A DNA stretch of 64,000 bases from Felis catus. Its lineage: Eukaryota. Below are positions 54,292 to 64,000 of this stretch, in pieces (position 1 is the stretch's first letter; each line of letters opens with the position of its first letter). The DNA lies in assembly GCF_018350175.1 (NCBI RefSeq), contig NC_058368.1:20276001-20340000 (forward strand), given 5' to 3'. Both the position numbers and the translations under genes were made by a program. A model generated the notes under the pieces. That model had not been told where the DNA came from. It did no database searches and saw only the letters and a list, made by a program, of their open reading frames with translations.

Positions 54292-54323
54292 TGCTGGTGG
54301 AGGACATGTGGCTGTAGTCAGAC
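54292..54323 (-). CDS. FAM124A: FAM124A 32-nt micro-exon (exon 2), encodes (G)SDYSHMSSTS(S)
   Basis: Minus strand reads tgtgtttcag|GTCTGACTACAGCCACATGTCCTCCACCAGCA|gtaagt. The final A plus GT of the next exon gives AGT (Ser) and continues in frame into ELSVEEAQ. Matches the recalled human N-terminus GSDYSHLSSTSSELSVEE. Confidence 0.92.
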
Positions 54324-54534
54324 CTGAAACACAAAACCTTGGTGTTAGTAGGATTAGACATTATTTTTCTTTATCCAAATGATTTCTTCATGCTAGAACT
54401 TTAAAAAAACAGTCTTACAGTGGTAAGTAACTATTTAAATGTGAGGAAATGGCACACATCAAAAATTGTAGTGCAGAGGCATTTTGTGTAAAACAAAGTT
54501 ATGTCTGAATGTGAAGGCAAAATTTTAAAGGCAT

Positions 54535-54771
54535 TTTATTTTTTTTTAAATTTTTTTAGATGTTTATTTTTCAGAAAGAGAGAGTGAGTGAGAGACAGCG
54601 AGAGCACGCGTGCGAGTGGGGTAGGGGCAAAGATGGGGTGGGGACAGAGGATCCAAAGCAGGCTCCATGCTGAGAGCAGAGAGCACAAAATGGGGCTAGA
54701 ACCCATGAACTGAGAGATCATGACCAGAGCCGCAGTGGGACACTCAACCGACTGAGCCGCTCAGGCACCCC
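54535..54771 (-). mobile_element. CanSINE about 210 nt upstream of the micro-exon acceptor
   Basis: Reverse-strand SINE; TSD taaaggca(t/c)ttta. Confidence 0.9.
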
Positions 54772-56174
54772 TAAAGGCACTTTAGAAAGCGGGGTTCCTT
54801 CATGTGGGCTCTCTGGATCTCCAAGATGGCAGACCAGCTGGGTCCTGAGCCATCTAAATTCACTGGCAAATTTTTGAATGGAAGCTTATTTTTTCTGGGG
54901 AGAAGGCTCAGAGTTTTCAACAGATTCTCAAAGGGGTTCAGGATTCTCCAGAAGGTTAAACCTCCGCAAATGAGCACCCTTCAAGTTAGCTCCACACCAC
55001 GGGGAAACGTTTCTTGGCTGCCATCAGCAGAGGGATGATGGAACCTGGCGGCAGTGCGAAGGGACCCTGGCTTGTGAGGGCTTCCACAATCAGGGTGTGG
55101 CTGGCCCTCAGGAAACACAAAGGCACAATGAGGCTTGGCTGATTTCAGTTCCAGCTGAGAAGAAATCCTGCTGCGTATTAGAGTAACAGGACGTGGGCTG
55201 TGATAGGGAAAGGGAAAAAGGCAGGGTAAGGGCCAGGGTGAAATTACCCATCAGTTTCTAGGCTGAAAGACCAGGTCCTGGCACTCAGCCTCTGTGAGAA
55301 TGGGAATCTGGCCAAGGATCTGCCTGCTTAATCTCTATGAAGTTTCTGCTCTACTTGTGTGGCTGGGAAGCCTTCCCTCTCTGGCAACGTATATGCTATA
55401 GAAGCTCTTGGTTTTCTCCCCCCAGTGTCCCAAAGTCATTCTCAGTGGGAAATTAATCTCTCAAGCACGTAGGGATTTATTATGCAAGTGGTAGTTAGGG
55501 GATATGGTTATGCAAATAAAGTAGTTAATTATGTTTAATTTTCCACATACACCCTCCTTTTATTTACTTAGTCTCATGTTGCCTTTCTTAAATTATCCAA
55601 TTTTCACTCCACTGACTTTGTTACCACATCAACAAAGCATATACAAAGCTTCAAAAAACATCACAAAAAAGCACACCTCTTACCCGTTGAAATAACCTAC
55701 ATCTCTCATGCCAAATGATGCACTGATTTATTGGTAGAGGAACAAAATGGAAGGAAAACAGCATGTAGTTTCCCCTTTTCAAATGAAATGCTTTAGCAGT
55801 TACAGAATCACTGAATTTTAAAGCTGGAGAGAATAGCAACTACTAACATTTGCAAATCCCTTTATGTATTACAAACTGCATCCGCCTACATCTAATCCAA
55901 TTTTTTGCATTCCTGGTTAGGAAACTAAACTGATACTATTGGCGAGGAGATCAGGAGGTGAGCAATGATAGGGACTTGAAGTACGGGGGCAGGGTGATGG
56001 CAAGACAGGAGCTGAAAGGTGGAAGGATTGGCTGGGGCATGGTGACACGCTGGCTAAGGAAAATGCAAGAGAGGACAGTCAGGATCATTAACCCCAGTGT
56101 TGGGGCATTAAATTCTTTCTGGAACCAGACGGGACTAAATTAACTTTAGGGCAAAACTTAGAAATCTAACTGTA

Positions 56175-56379
56175 GGGCCGCCTGGATGGCTCAGTCAGTT
56201 AAGCACCTGACTCTTGATTTCAGCTCAGGTCCTGATCTCCCAGTTTGTGAGATTGAGCCCCATGTCGGGCTTGGCACTGACAGAGCAGAGCCTGCTTGGG
56301 ATTCTCTCTGTTCCTCCCTCCCTCCCTCCCTCCCTCCCTGTCTCTCGCTATCAAAATAAACTTAAAAAAAAAAAAAAAA
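56175..56379 (+). mobile_element. CanSINE
   Basis: cgcctggatggctcagtcagttaag head, (CCCT)n tract, poly-A. Confidence 0.9.
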
Positions 56380-57541
56380 CAACAAGAAATGGAATTGCAT
56401 ATGAATGTAACAAATGGTCAACAAGCATTTTGCAACGACCAAACAATCCCAATCCAATATGATCATCTTAGGATGGTCAGGCTTTAAAGAAATTTCATGA
56501 CAATTCAAAGGAAACATTCAGTGGCAATGTGTGATTGGACTATGTATTAAAAATGTGTATGTTCAGCTAGGATTTTCCAAATACTCCTGAGGCAGATGCG
56601 TTTCACAAATGCATACAGGCATGCATGCAGATGGATGTGAACGTAGAATGGAATTTACATGCGACACTTCTATCGAGAATCTTAAGGTATAACAGCAGTA
56701 TTTTTAGGCTAGGTGCTTGTGTAACAAAGGTCCCGGCCGTGCATCTCTCTGTATGTAGTTCTTGTGACTAAAGGCACCGCCTGGGTCAGGCCTGACAGCT
56801 GGTCAGTCTCCCGACTGTCACTCTCGTCTCGCTCCAGTTCCTTCCCCAAACAGCAGCCAGTCTTTGCGAAGCACAAATCTGATCCTGTCACTCTCTGGAT
56901 GAAGCCCCAGCTCAACAGTGTACCACCTAAACCCCTCTTTCCATGAATGATGGCCTCTGCCCGGCTCTGCGGTCTCCTCCATCACCCCAACCTCCATCCC
57001 TGTCCACCATCAAAACGGAAATCAAACAGGAAGAAAAGTCACCTCAAGACTCACAGTGCTCTCCAACCGCTGATCCTGTTTATGTAATTTGTACACAGTT
57101 GCCGTAATGATGGAGATACAATTCTAAATTGCTCTTTTCACCAAATACCGTCACAACATGTTGCTATAGTTCCTGTAATTATAATTGTAAAGCGGTGTAC
57201 TATAATTTATTCAACCATTTGCCTGTTGTTTGCTCTATGATTGTTTCTGATTGTTCACTTCTGAAAGCACACAGAGATGAGATGCTCATAAACATGGCTT
57301 CAGCTTTACTTTCTTTTCCTTACAAAAATTATCATGAGGGGAAACAGGAACTGAGTCAAGCTATGGGCACTTTTATAGCTCATAAGATACATTCCAAATA
57401 ACTCCAAAAGATTATTTACTGCAATTATTGTATTGCTGGTCAAAGACAAACTGTAAAGCTTAAAACAATTTTGTGCTTAAAGAGGTTCAAAAAGTTTCAG
57501 CTCATGACTACAGTTCTCTGGAGGGGCAGATAATCTCCAGC

Positions 57542-57769
57542 TTTTTTAAAAAAATTTTTTCTTAATGTTTATTTATTTTTGACACAGAGAGACAGAGCAT
57601 GAGTGGGGGAGGGGCAGAGAGAGAGCAGGACACAGAATCTGAAGCACGCTCCAGGCTCTGAGTTGTCAGCACAGAGCCCGACGCGGGGCTTGAACTCACA
57701 GACCGCGAGATCATGACCTGAGCTGAAGTCAGACGCTCAACCTCAAATGACTGAGCCCCCAGGAGGCCC
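57542..57769 (-). mobile_element. CanSINE
   Basis: Reverse-strand SINE; TSD ccagcttttt. Confidence 0.9.
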
Positions 57770-58635
57770 TCCCCAGCTTTTTTAAGGTAGGAGGGAACAG
57801 TAGTGAATCCTGTTTATTGGTCTCACATCCTAAGAATTGATCCACTTGGTTCTGCACAAGACATTCAACTCTACGAGAATAAAGCATGAAAGGTGAATCC
57901 GTGAATTTTAGGAAGAGTATGTATGGGCACATGACACAGATAAGTAGAATAATGCAAGGATTGTAGATCTTCACACATCTGACACATATAGGAGACACAT
58001 TTGCAAATATTACATTTATTTGGTACCTATGCCAATAATAACCAGAAAGTTAGATGCAGTTCCTTCACTGTAGTTTACTTACAATTATACATATAGGGGT
58101 TATATATAAAAAGGCCTGCACTTAAGACAGGTTATCACTGTCAGCAGCCATATATACCTTCTTAAATTCTCTTTTCCAGGAAAATCTTGGCAGAAGAATT
58201 GATCTTGGCATTTTAGTAACATTGATCTTGAGGTTTCTCTAAAACATCAGCTCAGTGCATTATGGATCTCATCTGTTAGCTCTCAGTCCATTGAATTAGA
58301 TGCCATGGTAATTTAGAGCTAACTAGCCCCACCTTGAACACAAAGATAATGGAGTGCCTAATAGATCATCCTGTCTTCTCTGCAAGATTTCACCTTTTAC
58401 TGTTCTCTAAACCTGTCCCATCTTCAAATTTATTCCCCCTAACCTTTCCCATTCACCTGCTTTATAAACAGTAGACCTGTGAATTGTTTGCTATCTCTTA
58501 AATCACACTGAAATGTCAGGTGGAGGTCACCCAAAGGGCATGGTATGACCCTATGTTTTCAGAAGCTCAGTGACAGGTGACATGGAAGTGAAGGTTCATT
58601 AGTGCCAGATCAACCCTCTGAATGAAAATAATCCA

Positions 58636-58820
58636 GGGCGCCTGGGTGGCTCAGTAGGTTAAGCATCCAACTTCACCCTAGGTCATGATCTCATGGCTCA
58701 TGAGTTTGAGCCCCGTGTCGGGCTCTGTGCTGACAATGCAGAGCCTGCTTCAAATCCTCTCTCTCTCTCTCTCTCTCTGCCCCTCCCCCGCTCACCTCTC
58801 TCTCTCTCCCAAAATAAGTA
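58636..58820 (+). mobile_element. CanSINE
   Basis: gggcgcctgggtggctcag head, (CT)n tract. Confidence 0.9.
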
Positions 58821-58871
58821 CAGAAACGTTTATACAGTATTAAAAACATAATTCATCAGATAACGGTCATA

Positions 58872-59095
58872 TTTTTTTTAAAATTTTTTTTTCAACGTTT
58901 ATTTATTTTTGGGACAGAGAGAGACAGAGCATGAACGGGGGAGGGGCAGAGAGAGAGGGAGACACAGAATCGGAAACAGGCTCCAGGCTCTGAGCCATCA
59001 GCCCAGAGCCCGACGCGGGGCTCGAACTCACAGACCGCGAGATCGTGACCTGGCTGAAGTCGGAGGCTTAACCGACTGCGCCACCCAGGCGCCCC
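58872..59095 (-). mobile_element. Young felid CanSINE
   Basis: Consensus-like body; TSD taacggtcatattt. Confidence 0.95.
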
Positions 59096-59784
59096 TATAA
59101 CGGTCATATTTGAAAGAGTGTCTCAGAAGCCAAATCTGGGAGACACCACTAATGAAACACCCGTTGTAAAGCATTCGTCTCACTCTGTGCCTTTTATTTT
59201 GGTTTACAACAACACTGCCTGTCCCTCTGTTAAGGGATTCTGTTTCTTAAGATAGTTTCTTAAGATAGTAACTGGCTTGCCAGTTTTTTTTTCTAACGAA
59301 AAGTACACAGAAGCACAAAGCTTGCTTTCACGTGCATTTGGAAAAGGAGAGCTTCAAAATGACATCAATTGCCACAGAAGAATACTAGTTTGCCTTTAAT
59401 CTTGGCCTGCACTAGGTGGGTCAGACAGCAGAGATAGCATTTCGAGCAAAAGACAATGCCTGAGCAGGAAATGAGAATTAATTGCAGATCGATGGCTCTT
59501 TGAGAGGCACGAGGTGGGAAGCATGCTGGAGACCCAGGCTTCCATTTTAGGCCACCAACTAGTCGTGCACCCTCTGAACCTCCATTTCCTCCTCTGTAAA
59601 ATCATAACATTTGTCCTATCCTCTCGCAGATGTTCTGAACGATGATCAAATTTCTTAGGGCACTGAAAAACATCAGAGCATCCACTGCGATGAGTATAAA
59701 GAACATATGATCTTGAGGGCACCTGGAAATATACATTTTTATTAAATACAACTGTAAGTTTGTCATTTGGAGTGTTGTTCGTAA

Positions 59785-59950
59785 CAGCAGTAATAGCATG
59801 ATGAGAAATAACGTACTGAGGGTTCACTTACACCAGGCACTGTTCTAGGGGCTTTAAATGTAGAGGCTAATTCTCACAAGCACCGTGTCAGGTGGGTACT
59901 TTTATCGTCATCTCCGTTTTACAGCAGAGAAAACTAAAGGCACAGAGTTG
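59785..59950 (-). mobile_element. MIR
   Basis: ccaggcactgttctagg, ccgttttacagcagagaaaactaaaggcacagag. Confidence 0.65.
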
Positions 59951-59981
59951 AACCCCAGTAACCCGACTTTTTGACTGTCAC

Positions 59982-60171
59982 TTTTTAAAAATATTTTTAT
60001 TTGTTTTTGAGTGAGTGAGAGAGAGCCTGTGAGTCAGGGAGGGGCAAAGAGAGAGAGAGAGAAGGGGACAGAGGATCAGAGAGCCGGATGCAGAGCCTGA
60101 ACTCATGAGCTGTGGGATCATGACCTGAACCGACGCTGGCAGCTTAACTGACTGAGCCACGCAGGCACCCC
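59982..60171 (-). mobile_element. CanSINE (older)
   Basis: Reverse-strand SINE; TSD-like tga(c/t)tgtca. Confidence 0.85.
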
Positions 60172-61140
60172 TGATTGTCAATGTCAAAGTGAGCAGCACA
60201 GTGTGCCCACCGGCAGTTGGGACGCACAAAAATTCTTAGAGCCTTCTCTTTGATCATGCTGCCGAAAGGATTGATAGCTCCGTCGATACCGCCAAATCCC
60301 TTGCTCCTATGTTTTGTTCACACTGGCCTGGCAATAGGCCTTCTCCCCCCAAACCTTGATGATCTCAACCACTCACCGTCTCTCTTACTGCCTGTCCCTA
60401 CGGAGCTGAGCAGGAAAGTAAATAGCAAGGTGGAGCGGTCCCTTCACCCAGTCACAATCACTGATCCCAGTGATCCCAGGTGGGTTCTCACTCAGCGGTG
60501 CCCAAACTATTTCAAACCTCCATTTTCCTGAGGGAGGGGGCTGCACCTGCCTGGAACGGAAAGCCATCTTCCCTGCCAGGTTGTAAGAAGAGACGGGCCT
60601 CCCCTTCTATGCAAAGCCCATCTAACCGAGGGGTCTGAAGTCCAACATATCTCCACCTTTTCAGAAAGTGGACGTCACAAACCATTGGTTTTTCTGTATA
60701 TCTATTCTTTCCCTTTCACAGAGTCTTTTCTATAAACACGTATTTATGGGAGACCGATTACTGCCTATGTTTCGGGAATCCTTCCTGCACCCCCTCTACC
60801 CTCCTCCTGCTACGGCCTCTCCTCACCCCTCCCTTTCTCGGACAACAGCACTCTAGTGACCTCCTCTGCAACACGTTCTGCTCCCTCCTGGAGTCAGGAG
60901 GAGAGGACATGGCTTCTGCCTCCACCACTCCTCTACTCCACCCTTCCTTCATTACCTCCGTTTGAGAAAAAGAGCACCTTGCGTTCCTGCATCTTAATGC
61001 ACTTCTCAGTGGCACAGCTGACGCCTTTCCCTTCTTCCCCTTGGCCTCTAGGAAACCACATTCCTCCTTTTCGTCCCCACGCCTACTTTTCCTTAGGCCC
61101 CTTTATTAGCTCCTCCTCCTTCACCTACTTCTCAAGGCTG

Positions 61141-61356
61141 TTTTTTTTTTTTTCAACGTTTATTTATTTTTGGGACAGAGAGAGACAGAGCATGAACGGG
61201 GGAGGGGCAGAGAGAGAGGGAGACACAGAATCGGAAACAGGCTCCAGGCTCCGAGCCATCAGCCCAGAGCCTGACGCGGGGCTCGAACTCCTGGACCGCG
61301 AGATCGTGACCTGGCTGAAGTCGGACGCTTAACCGACTGCGCCACCCAGGCGCCCC
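61141..61356 (-). mobile_element. Young felid CanSINE
   Basis: Consensus-like body; TSD tcaaggctg. Confidence 0.95.
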
Positions 61357-63559
61357 TCAAGGCTGGTCTTAAATAGTTCCTGCTTCACAGCGTTGTTGAA
61401 GGATGACGTAAAAGGCTCAGCGCAGTACCCAGCATGGAGTAAATGCTAGTAAGGGTTTGCTATTTACTGCCTTTAGTTGATTTAAATCTGCTCCCAGGAC
61501 TGCAACTGCCATTTTTAGGCCGACGGTTCCCCGATGCAGTGTCATCAGGCTGACCTCCTCTCTAAGACAGATACACTCAACGGCTGGCTCATCACCTTTC
61601 AGACGTCTCCCAATACCTCAGACACAACACATTGAAAATGAAACTTCTCCTACGCTACCCAACTTCCTTTGGAGGGGATCACAGGCTACTTCGAGCATCT
61701 GATGAAAGACCAGTCTCTTCTCACAAAAAGCCACAAAGAACATCATTTTGCATAAAATTTCAAACAATTCATGGACCTCAAATTAACGATCCCTGCCCGA
61801 GCATCTGTGTCACTTGAGCTGAGTCTGGAATGAAGGTAGAGTTTCAGCCGGTGGACAGGCATGCCAGGTGGAGAAGGGCATAGCTGGCGAAAAGGGCGGC
61901 CCGACAAAGGCAAGGAATCAGAAACACCTTGCTCATGTGGCTTGATGCTGGGTACGAGGGCGGTCCTGCCGAAAAATAAGGCCAGAGAGACAGAGGAGGA
62001 CCCCGTAACACCAGGGGGACTTCATCGGCCAGTCTAAGCTCTTTGTTATAGATGCCAGAGCCGCTAAAAGTTTGGAAGGGAGAGGGAGAGAATCAGGTTT
62101 GTATTTTAAAAATAGTCATGATAGCAAACACGTATTAAGTGCTTTCTACATGCTTGGTAGATAGTCTTGACAGGTAGCTTTAGGAAAGTGAGGGAGGGCT
62201 AGAGGGGGCAAACTCTGCAAAAGCCAGGAAACTGCGAGCGGCTTTTTCGTAACCAAACCAAATTTCAGGAAATATAGGACTATGTGGCCAATGCAAGGTT
62301 ACTAACTCTACATCAAAACTCTTTTATTTCAGTGCATGCCATTTTACTCTGATCTTTAGCTTAAGGATGCTACTAAGGCCATAAGTAAACAATTCTATTC
62401 TGTTACCACGACGCACTTCAGTGACAGAAGCAGTGAACAGAAGTTCTGGTGTCCGTATGTTCAGCAAGTCCCTCCCAGGAACCCTGGCAGCTGTCATGTT
62501 GTTCTCGGGGATCCCAGGGAGTTGTCACTCCTGGGTCAGGGCCTCCCCCCCACTTCTCCGGGACAGAATCTTTGGGGAAAACACCTGTCTTAGGTGAGCT
62601 TTGCAAACTGAAAATGGATGAACCTGTTAGTGCCTTATTTAACCCAGCTGAAAACGAGCTAGTTTGTTTTGCTTTGTTTTCTTCTTCTATTCATGGCCTA
62701 GCTAACTAGGGACAGAAGGAAAAAAAAAAAAAGCCAAGGATCTTCAATTCAAGTTGGTAAATGCCGTATACGCTACGTGTGGGGGGAGAAAACAAGGGAG
62801 TGCAGTGTTTGGAATCAGGTTACTTCACCAGAATGTAACTGGGCTCCACAGTGAGCCAGAAATGACTGCAAGTTGGGACGACAGCGAAAGCCCATTGCTG
62901 TAGGGTGTAAGGTCCCAGATTTGGGCTAGGAATGGGTGGAGCCTGCAGGGAAGGCTCGGGCTGGGTCCGCAGGAGTGACTGCCTAGGAAGCCTAACCCCT
63001 TGTGCCCATTCTGGGACTGGACTCTCTTCCTGTCCTCACAGGGCTGCCAAGCCCCGAGATTATAGTCTAAATGTCCTCAACTTTCCAGGAATGAGGCTTT
63101 CTGTAATCTGGGCAGCTCCAGCCCACCCCCAGGGTTACTCCAGAGAGGAAAGGACATCCTTTCCTCCTGGGTCAGAATTCGCATCCTGGATGTTTGCTGA
63201 CTCTGCACAGGGAAATCCTCTGGCGATAGGAGCTGGGTGGAAGCATTTACAATGACATTCATCTCCTTAAAGATACTCGGTCTTTTGTCCCACTCAGGAA
63301 AACCGTGTCGTTGGGAGAAGGCTAATTAGTCCCCAGAGATAAAGGTCTGGGCTACATGTTTGAGTCCAATGAAGCTGTTTCTTTAAGCAGGGCTGGATCA
63401 TAGCACCATTTTCATCCCACCTGTACCCAAGGCTGGGACAGGTGCGCAGAGAGAAGTTCGGCGGAGAAATAGGAGTCGAGCAGCGGGTCTCAGCAAGCAC
63501 AATAAAGCCGGGAATGAAAAATGTCACCCTCTTATAGGATTCTGAAAGAATTTTAGGTG

Positions 63560-64000
63560 CCGGGTGTCCTATCCTCTTCCCGTCCCCAGCCCCCAGCCCG
63601 GACTCCAGAGAGCTGCGGGGCTAGAATAAAGTCCTCGCAGAAGGTGGAAACAAGTGCAAGCGCATCTCCTAACGATGATCTCAGGGGGGCACCGCATTTG
63701 CCGGGTACTCGACATCATCTCCGCGATAACGGGGGGCAAGGAGGGGCGGGATGTGGTGGTGTGCGGGGGATGGGGGGGGGGTTACTCTGAACCTTGAGTC
63801 CTTCCACTTTCCTCCCCCGGGGGGTGGGGCCCGCCCTGCCCGGGGGCAGCTACGGACCACGCTGCGCTGCCCTCGGGGACCGCCCAGGAGGAAGCCGGCC
63901 CGCCACAGCCCGTCTGCCTTCCACCGGGGGTCCGGCAGAAGGGGCAGCCCGCGCGGCCCCGTCCGGCCCCAGACGCTCCGGTTCTGCCGCGGGGTCCGGG
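63560..64000. promoter_or_regulatory. Edge of CpG island, probably the FAM124A promoter/exon 1 island (exon 1 lies beyond the window end)
   Basis: Sharp rise in GC and CpG content (ccgcccaggag, gcgcggcccc, ccgcgggg) about 10 kb upstream of exon 2 in gene orientation. No exon-1 coding sequence or donor site seen inside the window. Confidence 0.7.

Noticed and set aside
59244..59270. Short tandem duplications (tttcttaagatag x2; similar ones near 8377 and 16196)
   Set aside because: Ordinary slippage duplications; not CRISPR-like or otherwise organised.
212..61356. tRNA genes suggested by A/B-box-like SINE heads
   Set aside because: These are tRNA-derived SINE heads with CT tracts or poly-A tails and TSDs, not intact cloverleaf tRNAs.

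Overview
Mammalian, carnivore (most likely felid) genomic DNA, judged from abundant tRNA-derived CanSINEs including six near-identical young copies of the cat SINEC_Fc type. The window lies inside FAM124A on the minus strand. I can place a 32-nt micro-exon (54292-54323) and a 734-nt coding exon (34697-35430) that splice in frame. The CpG-rich right edge probably leads into exon 1 just outside the window, and the last coding exon is not visible (probably left of position 1). The rest is intron, filled with L1s (one near full-length, with a multi-monomer 5' UTR), about 20 SINEs and old LTR, MIR, L2 and DNA-transposon remnants. Almost all ORFs in the supplied track are repeat-derived or spurious. 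The most unusual structure is a 92-bp inverted duplication (90/92 identical, 47-bp spacer) with no recognisable repeat origin. It starts 67 nt into the intron after the frame-shifting micro-exon and would fold into a long, nearly perfect hairpin in the pre-mRNA. Repeat family names and boundaries are by-eye and approximate; comparisons to human FAM124A are from memory.
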